64,000 bases of DNA, taken from an uncultured Fibrobacterota bacterium (GTDB taxonomy: Bacteria > Fibrobacterota > Chitinivibrionia > Chitinivibrionales > FEN-1185). Below, one piece after another: positions 34,791 through 45,171 of this stretch. The position numbers and the translations under genes were made by a program. The stretch is taken from NCBI GenBank assembly GCA_963753345.1, contig CAVWBU010000016.1, forward strand, positions 64,001 through 128,000, given 5' to 3'. The notes below the pieces were generated by a model. It worked only from the letters and a program-made list of their open reading frames with translations, was not told the origin of the DNA and did no database searches. Numbering within the stretch: position 1 is the stretch's first letter; every line of letters starts with the position of its first letter.

Positions 34791-36737
34791 ATGCCTTCAA
34801 CCGTCGCAACGGCCCGCGCAGCAATCGATCGCTCCCTGCGCCGTTTGGCCGAAATTCAAACCAGCCGGGGAGCGTGGGAAGGCGAGGTGGTGTGGTCTCC
34901 CGTTGTGTTGGCTCAATACCTCATCACGCGCACCATTGTTGGAAAACCGGCCCCGGCCGACTTGCACGCGGAATACCTGCGCCACTTTACAGCATGGCAA
35001 ACGCCGGACGGCGGATGGGGCTTGCATGCCGAGTCGCCGGCGTACCTATTCGTCACCACGCTCGCCTATGTTGCGCTGCGCATGATCGGCGTTCCGTCGG
35101 ATGATGCTCGCCTCGTGAGGGCCAGAACTCTAGTCCGCGCGCTCGGTACGCCGCTTGCCATTCCAACATGGGGCAAGGTCTGGCTCGCATTCTGCAATTT
35201 GTATGAATATGGGGGCATATATCCTCTTCCGCCCGAGCTGTGGCTGTTCCCCCGATTTTTTCCCGTTCATCCATCGCGTTTGTACTGCCACACGCGGCTC
35301 ATCTACCTGGGCATGAGTTACCTCTACGCTAAGCGGTTTCGTCGTCCCGCCGACCCGCTCTGCTACGCATTGCGCGATGAGCTTTACGGCCGGCCCTATG
35401 AGAGCATCGACTTTCGCACAGAAGGAAGACGGCTGTCGCAGCGCGACCTTTTCAAGGCGCCGTCCCGATCGCTCGCCGCGGGTTATGCGGTTTTGCGATG
35501 TGTGGAGCGATGGAGCCCGGCTGCTCTACGGAAGCGCGCTTGTGCGGTGGCGCTCTCAAGAATCGAATACGAGCAGCGGTCGACCAACTATGCAGCGCTA
35601 TCCCCTGTCAACGGTCTGCTCAACATCCTCGCTCTGTATGCGGCCGACGCGCGCCACCCCGATCTCGAGCCGTCGCTCGACGGAATGGAGCATTGGAAGT
35701 GGAGCGATGAAAAGGAAGGCGTGCGGTACAACGGGGCACGCAGCCAGACATGGGACACCGCATTCGTGGTGCAGGCGGTCGCGGCGGCAAACGCGGACGA
35801 TTCTTTTTCTCCTGCGCTCTCCAGGGCCGGAGCCTTTCTTCGCGAAAATCAATTGCGCGACGAGATCCCTAATGGACCGGCCTTCTACCGTGATACGTGT
35901 GCAGGCGGCTGGTGCTTTTCCGATGCGCGTCACGGGTGGCCGGTAAGTGACACCACCGCCGAAGCGCTGTGCGCGGCCCTTGCGCTGCGCGAGCGCGGGT
36001 TGGAAACCCTCGACGAACCCGCTCTAAAAGACGCGGTGCGGTTCATCCTCTCCCGCCAGAATCCCGGGGGCGGCTGGGGATCATACGAACGAAAACGCGC
36101 CGGCCTTGCGCTCGAACGCATTAATCCCTCCGAGATGTTCGGCAATTGCATGGTTGAGCATTCGTACGTCGAATGCAGCGCATCGGCCCTCGATGCGCTC
36201 GCCCGGTTTCGACGGGCATTCCCCTCGACGGAATTGACAAAAGCGATTAGCGCTTCAATGAAACGCGGCGAGCGCTTCCTTGTAAGGGCGCAGATGTCCG
36301 ACGGATCGTGGCCTGGATTCTGGGGCCTCAATTACACGTATGGCACGTTCTTCGCCGTGCGCGGCCTCCTGGCCTGCGGACGTCAGTCGAGCGACGGCGC
36401 GATCCGCCGCGCCTGCGACTGGCTCATTGCGCACCAGAAGTCCGACGGCGGCTGGGGGGAGCACTGGACCAGTACTGTTCAGGGACGCTATATAGAGCAC
36501 CCGCAAAGTCAGGTGATAATGACCGCTTGGGCGCTTTTGACCTTGCTTCTCGCAAAGGACCCGCGTCGCGCCGCAATCAATCGCGGTGCCGACCTGCTTA
36601 TTGCGCGACAACTGCACAACGGCTCCTGGCCCAAGGAAGGCGTCGCCGGCGTCTTTTTCAACACCGCCATGCTTCATTACGAGCTATACCGCGATTATTT
36701 CCCTCTCTGGGCGCTCGGTCTTTTCGAAAGGGAATGA
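34791..36737 (+). CDS. 2,3-oxidosqualene cyclase-like triterpene cyclase
   Basis: Five QW motifs; IPTWGKVWL; LPPELWL; LYCHTR; SQTWDTAF; catalytic GWPVSDTTAE (OSC DCTAE type, not SHC DxDD); NPSEMFG; YVEC; YTYGTFF; YRDYFPLWALG. Confidence 0.9.
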   Translation: MPSTVATARAAIDRSLRRLAEIQTSRGAWEGEVVWSPVVLAQYLITRTIVGKPAPADLHAEYLRHFTAWQTPDGGWGLHAESPAYLFVTTLAYVALRMIGVPSDDARLVRARTLVRALGTPLAIPTWGKVWLAFCNLYEYGGIYPLPPELWLFPRFFPVHPSRLYCHTRLIYLGMSYLYAKRFRRPADPLCYALRDELYGRPYESIDFRTEGRRLSQRDLFKAPSRSLAAGYAVLRCVERWSPAALRKRACAVALSRIEYEQRSTNYAALSPVNGLLNILALYAADARHPDLEPSLDGMEHWKWSDEKEGVRYNGARSQTWDTAFVVQAVAAANADDSFSPALSRAGAFLRENQLRDEIPNGPAFYRDTCAGGWCFSDARHGWPVSDTTAEALCAALALRERGLETLDEPALKDAVRFILSRQNPGGGWGSYERKRAGLALERINPSEMFGNCMVEHSYVECSASALDALARFRRAFPSTELTKAISASMKRGERFLVRAQMSDGSWPGFWGLNYTYGTFFAVRGLLACGRQSSDGAIRRACDWLIAHQKSDGGWGEHWTSTVQGRYIEHPQSQVIMTAWALLTLLLAKDPRRAAINRGADLLIARQLHNGSWPKEGVAGVFFNTAMLHYELYRDYFPLWALGLFERE

Positions 36738-36762
36738 AATGACAATGCGCTCGCTTTGGGAT

Positions 36763-37455
36763 TCACTCACCTACCGGCATCCGGTACCCGACGCCGGATT
36801 CGGTAATAAACAATTTCGGCCGGGCAGGATCGGTTTCCAACTTCTTGCGGAGCTGAGCGATGTATACGCGAAGGTACTGGGTTTCTTCTGCACGGAATGG
36901 CCCCCAGATTTCCTTCATGAGGTGCCGATGCGTCAGGACCTTTCCGGCATTCTTGACGAATTGGATTAAAAGAGAATATTCCGTGGCGGTCAGCTTTGCA
37001 GGCGAACCGCCGACCTTTACCGTCCGGTTGACAAGATCTACAAACAAATCACCGTTTTTGAATTCCTTGACCTCATCGGCGCCCTCGCGGCCGCGCCGCA
37101 GGGCGACCCGGAGCCTCGCAATCAGCTCGTTGACGCCGAACGGCTTGACGACATAATCGTCAGCGCCCGCATCGAGCGCCGCAACCTTGCCTTTTTCATC
37201 GTCCCGTACGGAAAGTATGATGACGGGCACCATGCTCCATTCCCGTACCTGCTTGAGAACGGCGCCGCCGTCCATGTCCGGCAGGCCGAGATCGAGAACA
37301 ATGGCATCCGGGCGGTCGGTTGCCGCTTTGTAAATCCCTTCCTTGGCGGTCGGCGCCTCAAGGATCTGGTATCCGTTTGCCTCAAGCGCGACCCTGAGAA
37401 AACGCCGGATCTGGAGTTCGTCATCAATGATGAGTATTTTCTTTCCTTCAGCCAT
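36763..37455 (-). CDS. kdpE: Response regulator KdpE
   Basis: ILIIDDE, LDLGLPDMDG, ALDAGADDY, YLRVYIAQLRKKLE, TESGVGYR; follows kdpD. Confidence 0.93.
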   Translation of the reverse strand: MAEGKKILIIDDELQIRRFLRVALEANGYQILEAPTAKEGIYKAATDRPDAIVLDLGLPDMDGGAVLKQVREWSMVPVIILSVRDDEKGKVAALDAGADDYVVKPFGVNELIARLRVALRRGREGADEVKEFKNGDLFVDLVNRTVKVGGSPAKLTATEYSLLIQFVKNAGKVLTHRHLMKEIWGPFRAEETQYLRVYIAQLRKKLETDPARPKLFITESGVGYRMPVGE

Positions 37456-40148
37456 CACGGCGCCTCTTCCGCTGAGAGCGGTTTGTGCTCGACGGGCAGC
37501 CGGATCAGGAACTGCGCCCCTTTGCCCGGCCGGTTCGCGGCCTCGACCGACCCGCCGTGCAATTCGACGAATCCTTTGACAATAGATAATCCGAGCCCAG
37601 TGCCGCCGGCCCTGGTGCCCGGGACCCGGAAGAATTTGTCGAAAATCCGGTGAATCGATTCTTCCGGCAGGCCCGGGCCTTCATCTTCAATGGCAAACAC
37701 CAGCGTCCCGGAGTCGTAAAAAGCTCTCATGTGGATCGATGTCCCCGGCTGCGTGTACTGCGCGGCATTAAGCACGATGTTGGAAAGAACCTGTTCCATG
37801 ATAATGCCGTCGAGTTTTACGAGCGGCACATCATCGGCAACCGTCACGCGAACCGTGTGCCCTGCGAGCTCCTCGGCAAGGTCGCCCAGGACCGCATTGA
37901 TGATGTCATGAACATCGCACCAATCCTTCGCAATCGTCAATCCGCCGGATTCGATCCGGGTCATGTCGAGCAGGTTTTCAACGAGCCTGTTCAATCGCGA
38001 AGAGGCAACCCTGATGTCTCCGACAAGAACGTTGCGCGATCGTTCGTCTTGGGCGACCGCAGCCTCCAGGAGGCTGCTTGACGCACCGGTAATTGCGGCA
38101 AGAGGAGTGCGCAATTCGTGGGAAATCGAATTGAGCAGGGTCTTGTTCAGACGTTCGGATTCCTCAAGCAGCCTCGTTTTTGCAGCCTGTTCCCTAAGAA
38201 CCGCCCGGTCCAGTGCGAAGGCCCACTGGTGCAGGAACATCATCAACAGGCCCTCCTGCTCTACGGGCATTTCCTTTGCGCCGGACGAAACAAGTCCGAC
38301 AACGCCCCTGCACGCCCCGTGCATCAGCAACGGATAGTATGCAGCCGTAGCGAACGGAAGGGTCGCCATGGCGTGCCCGGCCGGTTTCTTATTGGAAAAG
38401 ACCCATTTTGCGACACTCCACTCCTTGTCGTTGTCCGGGGCGAACGTACTCAAGTGATGCGGTTTTCGTCCCATCGATTCGGCCGTTTCGGGAAGAAACA
38501 ACGCGGCGCGCGCGCCAAAAACCGATGTCATGTTCTCCATGCCCGCCCGTGCAATGTCGTCGGTCGTTTCGGCGGCCGCGAGCTCTTTGACAAATGAATA
38601 AAGCGCGGCGGTGAGACGCTCGCGGCGCCGGACGACCGTCTCCTTGGTCCGTACCCGTGAGGTGAGCGTGCCGCTCACGAGCGCAACAATAAAATAGAGC
38701 GACACCAACAGAACATCGGACGCATGCGAAATCGAAAACGTGAAGACCGGAGGGATAAAGAAGAAATCCCAGAAAACCGCGCTTAAGCCCGCGGCAGCGA
38801 AAAGCGGTCCAAGTCCGGCGATAAGCGAAAGAAGCGAAATAATAAAGAGGAGAAACATGCCGACCGACCGGTAATCGATGTACGGTGAGGCCAGAAAACA
38901 GGCTGCGGTGGCGACGCAAACGGCAAGACAGGAGACCACATAGTCGCGCAACGGGGACGCGATCCCCGAAAGCATACCCAACCGGAAGGGCCTTTTCGGC
39001 GGAGCTCCGGCATCGCTCTTTACAACGTAGATATCGATCGCTCCGCTATCACGGATAAGTTTATTGACCAGGGACCCGCCATGCACAAGGTCGAGCACGG
39101 GGTTTGGCATCGATTTACCAATGACAATTTGCGTTGCATTGTTCTGGCGCGCGGCCCTCAGAAGGGCCCGCGCAATATCGTCGTCCGCGGTGGTGACCAG
39201 GGTCGCGCCGAGTTCCTGGGCGAGTTCGATGTTTTTCTTGAGTCGCTTTTCAGCCGTTGCGGACAGCGGCCGCGATGCCTGCACGTACACCGCAGTCCAC
39301 GGCGCCTCCATGGTGGCGGCGATGCGACGCGTCCATCGGATGAGCTGTTCGGAATACGGGCTGGGCCCGATGGCCACCATGAGCCTCTCCTTGGTTTTCC
39401 ATGGCCCGCTGATCCGGTTTTCCTCCATGTAATCCTTGAGTTGGAGGTTTACCCGGTCCGCGGTCTTGCGAAGCGCGATCTCCCGGAGCGCGGTGAGATT
39501 GCCTTTCTGGAAGAAATGCTGTGCCGCGGCTTCGGAACGCTCCGCGGTATATACTTTGCCTTCCCTGAGGCGGGCCAAAAGGTCGTCCGGCGGCAGGTCG
39601 ACAAGCTCGATTTCATCCGCCATGTCAAGAACACTGTCGGGCACCGTCTCGCGAACCGTGACACCGGTGATCTGGCGGACCGAGTCCACAAGACTTTCCA
39701 CATGCTGCACATTGAGGGTGGTGAGGACATTTATCCCATTGTCAAGCAATTCGAGCGTGTCCTGATATCTCTTGGTGTGGCGCATGCCTTCGGCATTGGT
39801 ATGCGCAAGCTCGTCGACAAGCACATACGCCGGCCTTGCGGACAGTACTGCGTCCAGGTCCAGGTCCGAAAGTCCTTTACCTTTGTAGGTTGTCTGCAAG
39901 CGTGGAAAAACGTTCAGTCCTGAGAGCAGGGCTTCAGTTTCTTCCCGGCCATGGGTCTCGACAATCCCGACGCAAACAGAAATGCCTCGTGCCTTTAAAG
40001 CCTGCGCGGCCTTGAGCATGGCATAGGTCTTTCCCACGCCGGCGCACATGCCGAAGAAGACTTTCAGCGTGCCCCGCAGTTTCGCCTGTTCGCTTTTTTG
40101 CATGGAAGCGAGCAGAACATCGGGATTTGGTCGATCAGGTCCGCTCAT
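37455..40148 (-). CDS. kdpD: Sensor histidine kinase KdpD
   Basis: GMCAGVGKTYAML, LVDELAHTN, TTLNVQHVES, USP domain, 4 TM helices, SISHELRTPL. Confidence 0.95.
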   Translation of the reverse strand: MSGPDRPNPDVLLASMQKSEQAKLRGTLKVFFGMCAGVGKTYAMLKAAQALKARGISVCVGIVETHGREETEALLSGLNVFPRLQTTYKGKGLSDLDLDAVLSARPAYVLVDELAHTNAEGMRHTKRYQDTLELLDNGINVLTTLNVQHVESLVDSVRQITGVTVRETVPDSVLDMADEIELVDLPPDDLLARLREGKVYTAERSEAAAQHFFQKGNLTALREIALRKTADRVNLQLKDYMEENRISGPWKTKERLMVAIGPSPYSEQLIRWTRRIAATMEAPWTAVYVQASRPLSATAEKRLKKNIELAQELGATLVTTADDDIARALLRAARQNNATQIVIGKSMPNPVLDLVHGGSLVNKLIRDSGAIDIYVVKSDAGAPPKRPFRLGMLSGIASPLRDYVVSCLAVCVATAACFLASPYIDYRSVGMFLLFIISLLSLIAGLGPLFAAAGLSAVFWDFFFIPPVFTFSISHASDVLLVSLYFIVALVSGTLTSRVRTKETVVRRRERLTAALYSFVKELAAAETTDDIARAGMENMTSVFGARAALFLPETAESMGRKPHHLSTFAPDNDKEWSVAKWVFSNKKPAGHAMATLPFATAAYYPLLMHGACRGVVGLVSSGAKEMPVEQEGLLMMFLHQWAFALDRAVLREQAAKTRLLEESERLNKTLLNSISHELRTPLAAITGASSSLLEAAVAQDERSRNVLVGDIRVASSRLNRLVENLLDMTRIESGGLTIAKDWCDVHDIINAVLGDLAEELAGHTVRVTVADDVPLVKLDGIIMEQVLSNIVLNAAQYTQPGTSIHMRAFYDSGTLVFAIEDEGPGLPEESIHRIFDKFFRVPGTRAGGTGLGLSIVKGFVELHGGSVEAANRPGKGAQFLIRLPVEHKPLSAEEAP

Positions 40149-40504
40149 TTTTTGCAGATCCATTGCGACATGATAATGATGCAGGCGATTGATCCTTTTT
40201 TTGCGATATCACCCGCATTAATTTCCCCGCTCAGTATCTTTCCTGATAAATAGTATCTTCCACCGAACGAAACCACTTCAATTCTTCCGGCTTCCTCCAA
40301 TTCGCAGGATTGTCCCGACCGAAATACGGTAAGGGTGTCGTGAATGGAAATTTCCTTTCTGATTTCTTGAGTGCCGCTCTGAAATAAGTGAACAACGCTG
40401 CCAAGGGGAAGATACCCGCTTTCCGCAAAATAGGACGTTGCGGCAATAGAGAAGAAAACGGCAAGAACCAATAGCATTACTATTGCTGACAAAATCTTTT
40501 TCAT
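40145..40504 (-). CDS. Hypothetical secreted protein within the kdp operon
   Basis: GGAGGG RBS, signal peptide MKKILSAIVMLLVLAV, ATGA overlap with kdpD. Confidence 0.65.
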   Translation of the reverse strand: MKKILSAIVMLLVLAVFFSIAATSYFAESGYLPLGSVVHLFQSGTQEIRKEISIHDTLTVFRSGQSCELEEAGRIEVVSFGGRYYLSGKILSGEINAGDIAKKGSIACIIIMSQWICKK

Positions 40505-40514
40505 AGCCACCCTC

Positions 40515-41111
40515 CTACCGGTGATGTGCTACACTGTCTACCATACGGTTCAGCCTGAGAACATTGACCCGCGGCATTCCCAATATTCCCAACTGGGGTT
40601 GTTCAATCGCTCTTTCGACCATTGCCGAAAGAGCCTCTTTCTGCAGCAGGGTCATGTGCCGCTGCTCTGCGACTCTGTTTATCTGCAAACGTGCGGCTTC
40701 GGGGCTGCTATGAGGATCCAATCCGCTGGCCGAAGAAAAGAGCATGTCGGGCGGCACGGCGGAATCCAACGCAATGCCGAACGTGTTCCGGAATTCTTTG
40801 CGCCGCGCCGCAACCGAATCTCTAAGCTGGAGACTTACCGAGCCCAGGTTGCTGGCGCCAGAAGGAAGCGGATCATACGAAATCGATGACGGACGGGATC
40901 TGAAGTATTTGGGTGTTGCAAAGGTCTGTCCAAGCAATTCCGATCCGACAATCTTTTCCCCAGCGGTAACAAGGCTCCCATTTGCCCGGAACGGAAAAAG
41001 ACATTGGGCAAGAGCCGTAACCGTCACCGTGTAGAGCACACCGCACGCCACGGTAAAAACAACATACATCCGTACCGCACCAATCAGATTTTTCATCATG
41101 CTTCCTGTCAT
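40515..41111 (-). CDS. kdpC: K+-transporting ATPase subunit C
   Basis: [42 protein letters not shown]. Confidence 0.95.
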   Translation of the reverse strand: MTGSMMKNLIGAVRMYVVFTVACGVLYTVTVTALAQCLFPFRANGSLVTAGEKIVGSELLGQTFATPKYFRSRPSSISYDPLPSGASNLGSVSLQLRDSVAARRKEFRNTFGIALDSAVPPDMLFSSASGLDPHSSPEAARLQINRVAEQRHMTLLQKEALSAMVERAIEQPQLGILGMPRVNVLRLNRMVDSVAHHR

Positions 41112-43204
41112 ACAAGGCGAATGGCAGTAATCACCATATCGAGAAGTTTAATTCCCGCAAACGGCGCAATAAGACCTCCGCATCCGTACAGCCAGAGGTT
41201 GCGCGTAAGGATTTTCGCCGCAGCCATGGGCTTGTATCCGACACCCTTTACGGCAAGTGGAATGAGCGCAACAATGATGAGCGCATTGAAGATCACTGCG
41301 CTCAGTATCGCACTGTGAGGCGACGAAAGCCTCATGATATTCAAGACCGAAAGCGGTCCCGTGTGACCGCCCATCGCGAACAATCCCGAAAACATCGCAG
41401 GAAGTATCGCAAAATATTTTGCAACATCGTTTGCAATGCTGAACGTCGTGAGCGACCCGCGGGTCATGAGAAGCTGTTTGCCGATTTCGACCACTTCGAG
41501 GAGTTTCGTCGGATTGCTGTCGAGGTCGACCATGTTTCCGGCTTCGCGGGCAGCCTGCGTTCCGGAGTTCATGGCAACTCCCACATCGGCCTGTGCCAGG
41601 GCAGGCGCATCGTTGGTGCCGTCGCCAATCATGGCAACAAGGTGTCCCTGGGCCTGTTCTTCACGGATGCGAGCAAGCTTCGCTTCGGGTTTTGCCTCGG
41701 CAAGAAAATCGTCAACGCCCGCCTCGGCTGCGATTGCCGCGGCGGTAACAGCATTGTCACCGGTTATCATTACTGTTTTGATGCCCATGGTTCTCAGCCG
41801 TTCAAACCGTTCGCGAATGCCGCCTTTTACCGCGTCCTTAAGACGGATGACCCCGAGCGCATGATTGTTTTCGGCAACCACCAGCGGCGTGCCGCCCTGC
41901 TCGGCAACATTCTTCACAATGGAAAAAACCTGCAGCGGATACAAGCCGTCGTTTTCGAGAACGAATTTCAGTATTGATTCGGCGGAGCCCTTCCGGATCC
42001 TCCGCATGCCGCTGCCGGATGGGTCCGGAATATCCACGCCGCTCATTTGTGATTGCGCGGAAAAGGGCAGGAACTTTGCACGCGTCCCCGCTATGTCATG
42101 GCCTCGGATATTGAATTCATTCTTGACAAGAACAACAATGGAGCGGCCTTCGGGGGTTTCGTCGGCCAGCGACGCGAGCTGCGCGGCTTCCGCGAGGCGT
42201 TCGATTGTAGTGCCGGGCCCGGGGATGAGTTCGGCCGCCATCCGGTTGCCGATGGTGATCGTTCCTGTTTTATCAAGCATCAGCACATCCACGTCGCCCG
42301 CTGCCTCTATGGCCCTGCCGCTTGTGGCAAGCACGTTGTGGCGCAGAAGCCTGTTCATGCCGCTAATGCCGATGGCGCTGAGCAGCCCGCCGATGGTCGT
42401 GGGAATCAGGCACACCAGAAGCGACACGAGGACAGGGATCGACATGTCGGTTGCGCCCGTCTGACCCGTGGACTGCTCGATATAGCGGGCAAATGCCGGC
42501 AGTGTGGCCACGACGACGAGAAATACCAGTGTCAAGCTTGACAAAAGAATCGTCAGGGCTATCTCGTTGGGCGTCTTCTGGCGCACCGCCCCTTCCACCA
42601 GGGCAATCATTCTGTCAAGAAACGAGGTGCCTGCAGCGGACGTAACCCGTATCACAATGCGGTCGCTGATCACTTTGGTGCCGCCGGTCACCGCGCTGCG
42701 GTCGCCACCTGACTCCCGGATCACGGGCGCACTCTCGCCGGTCACCGCAGATTCGTCCACGCTGGCGATCCCCTCGACCACTTCCCCGTCCGCAGGAATG
42801 ATATCACCGGTTTCGCACACGACAACATCACCGGGTTTAAGGTCTGCCGCACTCACGGTCGCTTCTCCGCTCCCGTCCAATTTTCGGGCCATGGTCTGCT
42901 TCCGTGTTTTTCTCAGCGCGGCAGCCTGCGCCTTGCCCCTTCCCTCTGCGACCGCTTCGGCGAAATTGGCAAACAGCACCGTGAACCAGAGCCACAGGCA
43001 TATCTGGACGTCAAAAAAGATGGGCCTGCGGTGAATCATGTCCGACAGCGCCGAAAACGATGAAAGCAATGCTCCGACACCGACGATGAAAATCACGGGG
43101 TTCTTATACAGCACCCGGGGATCGCATTTTCTCAATGAGTCTGCAATCGCACCCCTGAGAATTGATGGAGAAACCGTCTTTATTTCTTGCGCCTGCTTTG
43201 TCAT
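41108..43204 (-). CDS. kdpB: K+-transporting ATPase subunit B
   Basis: [39 protein letters not shown]. Confidence 0.97.
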   Translation of the reverse strand: MTKQAQEIKTVSPSILRGAIADSLRKCDPRVLYKNPVIFIVGVGALLSSFSALSDMIHRRPIFFDVQICLWLWFTVLFANFAEAVAEGRGKAQAAALRKTRKQTMARKLDGSGEATVSAADLKPGDVVVCETGDIIPADGEVVEGIASVDESAVTGESAPVIRESGGDRSAVTGGTKVISDRIVIRVTSAAGTSFLDRMIALVEGAVRQKTPNEIALTILLSSLTLVFLVVVATLPAFARYIEQSTGQTGATDMSIPVLVSLLVCLIPTTIGGLLSAIGISGMNRLLRHNVLATSGRAIEAAGDVDVLMLDKTGTITIGNRMAAELIPGPGTTIERLAEAAQLASLADETPEGRSIVVLVKNEFNIRGHDIAGTRAKFLPFSAQSQMSGVDIPDPSGSGMRRIRKGSAESILKFVLENDGLYPLQVFSIVKNVAEQGGTPLVVAENNHALGVIRLKDAVKGGIRERFERLRTMGIKTVMITGDNAVTAAAIAAEAGVDDFLAEAKPEAKLARIREEQAQGHLVAMIGDGTNDAPALAQADVGVAMNSGTQAAREAGNMVDLDSNPTKLLEVVEIGKQLLMTRGSLTTFSIANDVAKYFAILPAMFSGLFAMGGHTGPLSVLNIMRLSSPHSAILSAVIFNALIIVALIPLAVKGVGYKPMAAAKILTRNLWLYGCGGLIAPFAGIKLLDMVITAIRLV

Positions 43205-43207
43205 AGG

Positions 43208-44899
43208 TCACATGCCCTTACCACTAAGAAGCATCAGGTGCTCGATGACCGGCCCGAGGCACAACGCCGGGAAGAAATTAAGCGCGCCCACAATGATCAC
43301 GACACCGATCAAGAGAACCACAAACAGCGCGCCGTCCGTGGGAAATGTTCCGCTTGACAATGCCATGGTTTTCTTCGAGCTCACCGAGCCTGCCACGGCG
43401 AGCATGGGGACAATCACGGAAAACCGCCCTGCAATCATAGCGAAAGCAGTTGTCAGGTTATAAAAAAGCGTGTTTGCGTTGAGACCTGCAAATGCGCTTC
43501 CGTTGTTGTTTGACGTGGAGGAAAATGCGTACAGGATTTCTCCGAACCCGTGCGTGCCGCCCGTGGAAAGCCCGGCAAGCCCTGCTTTGGTGTCACAGGC
43601 AAGTGCAGACAGCCCGAGCACCGTGATCGAAGAAAGTAACACGGCGATAACGGACATTTTTACTTCAAAGGAATCGATTTTCTTTCCGAGATATTCGGGC
43701 GTGCGGCCCACCATCAGGCCCGCGATAAACACCGCAAGAATCGCATAGGCTATCATGCCGTACATTCCCGAGCCCACGCCGCCGAAAACAACTTCACCGA
43801 CCATCATGTTGAACATGGCAACCATACCGGCCACGGGGGAAAGGCTTTCGTGCATTGCATTGACCGATCCGTTTGACGCAGCCGTGGTCGCGGTTGACCA
43901 GATTACGCTGTTTGTCACGCCGAACCGCAATTCCTTTCCTTCAAGCGAGACCGTTGTCCCGAGGACCTGATTGTAATGGAATTCACCATAGAGAGACGCG
44001 GCAAGGCCCAAAATAAATATTAATAGCATTGCAGTGAAAAGCGCCCAGCCCTGCCGCTGTGAACCGACCATTGTTCCAAATGAATAAGTCAACGCTGCAG
44101 GCAGCAGAAGAATCGCAAGCATTTCAAGGAAATTGGAAAGCGGCGTCGGGTTTTCAAAGGGATGTGCGCTGTTGACATTAAAGAACCCGCCGCCGTTCGT
44201 GCCGAGTTGTTTTATTGCTATCTGTGAAGCTGCCGGTCCGCGCGGGATCGTCTGTTTCTGTCCCTCCACCGTTGTTGCCGTCGCATACGGTGCAAATGTC
44301 TGGACGACCCCCTGGCTTGCGAGCACCAGGGCCAACACGAGAGAAAGCGGCAGCAGAATGTACACGGTCGACCGCACAAGATCGGCCCAGAAATTCCCAA
44401 TGGTCGACATTGACCGGCGCGACAGCCCCCGGGCCAGAGCCGCGAACACCGCCATGCCGGTCGCGGCGCTGAGAAAGTTCTGCACGGCCAGTCCCAGCAT
44501 CTGCGTGCAATAGGACAAGGTCGTCTCCCCCGCGTACGCCTGCCAGTTTGTATTCGTGACAAAGCTCACGGCGGTATTCAGACTCAAAGACCATGGGACG
44601 CCGGAAAGATGTTGCGGGTTGAGCGGCAATGACTTTTGAAATACCTGCAGGAGAAAAAGCGCAAGTACCGCGATTCCGTTAAACCACAGGAGGGCCCTAC
44701 AATACTGTTTCCAGGTCATCTCTTCTTGACTGTCAATTCCGCCTAGTTTATAAATGGCCTTTTCTAAATGAGAAAACGCAGGCGAAAGGAATGTCTTCTT
44801 GCCCATCAGAACCTTTGCCATAAAGGAGCCAAGGGGCGGGGTCAGAATACAGATCAATCCGATGTAAAGGGCAACCTGGATAACATCAGCAAAGTGCAT
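43208..44899 (-). CDS. kdpA: K+-transporting ATPase subunit A
   Basis: NTAVSFVTNTNWQAY, KQLGTNGGGFF, SNGSVNAMH, GLMVGRTPEYLGKK, NNGSAFAG. Confidence 0.97.
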   Translation of the reverse strand: MHFADVIQVALYIGLICILTPPLGSFMAKVLMGKKTFLSPAFSHLEKAIYKLGGIDSQEEMTWKQYCRALLWFNGIAVLALFLLQVFQKSLPLNPQHLSGVPWSLSLNTAVSFVTNTNWQAYAGETTLSYCTQMLGLAVQNFLSAATGMAVFAALARGLSRRSMSTIGNFWADLVRSTVYILLPLSLVLALVLASQGVVQTFAPYATATTVEGQKQTIPRGPAASQIAIKQLGTNGGGFFNVNSAHPFENPTPLSNFLEMLAILLLPAALTYSFGTMVGSQRQGWALFTAMLLIFILGLAASLYGEFHYNQVLGTTVSLEGKELRFGVTNSVIWSTATTAASNGSVNAMHESLSPVAGMVAMFNMMVGEVVFGGVGSGMYGMIAYAILAVFIAGLMVGRTPEYLGKKIDSFEVKMSVIAVLLSSITVLGLSALACDTKAGLAGLSTGGTHGFGEILYAFSSTSNNNGSAFAGLNANTLFYNLTTAFAMIAGRFSVIVPMLAVAGSVSSKKTMALSSGTFPTDGALFVVLLIGVVIIVGALNFFPALCLGPVIEHLMLLSGKGM

Positions 44900-44910
44900 T
44901 GTTGTCTCCG

Positions 44911-44997
44911 CTAGAATTTCTCAGGATAGAGAATGGAATAAACAAGGTACATGCCCAGCAGGAATACGACCATAATAATGAGCACCGTCCCGACCAT
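44911..44997 (-). CDS. kdpF: K+-transporting ATPase subunit F (28 aa)
   Basis: Translated by hand: MVGTVLIIMVVFLLGMYLVYSILYPEKF; AGGAGG RBS; directly upstream of kdpA; below the ORF-track length cutoff. Confidence 0.88.
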   Translation of the reverse strand: MVGTVLIIMVVFLLGMYLVYSILYPEKF

Positions 44998-45065
44998 GAT
45001 GTCCTCCTGTTTATGAAAATTACGGAATAATGTATTGGGAAAATCTAAAAATGCAGGCTAAACCT

Positions 45066-45084
45066 ATAAGGAAAACATAAGGAA
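45066..45084 (-). promoter_or_regulatory. Candidate KdpE operator
   Basis: Direct repeat ATAAGGAA x2 at 11-bp spacing upstream of kdpF, typical spacing for OmpR-family sites. Confidence 0.5.
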
Positions 45085-45171
45085 GGTTGGCACAAGGACT
45101 ATCGGACTACACATGTATGATCGAGGCCCTGAAAATGGCAATCGAAAAGCAGGCAGCCGCGTATGACCTGA

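Noticed and set aside
34791-36737. Squalene-hopene cyclase (hopanoid) assignment
   Set aside because: No DxDD motif; VSDTTAE, NPSEMFG, YVEC and the C-terminal motifs are OSC-type, and no hpn genes are nearby.
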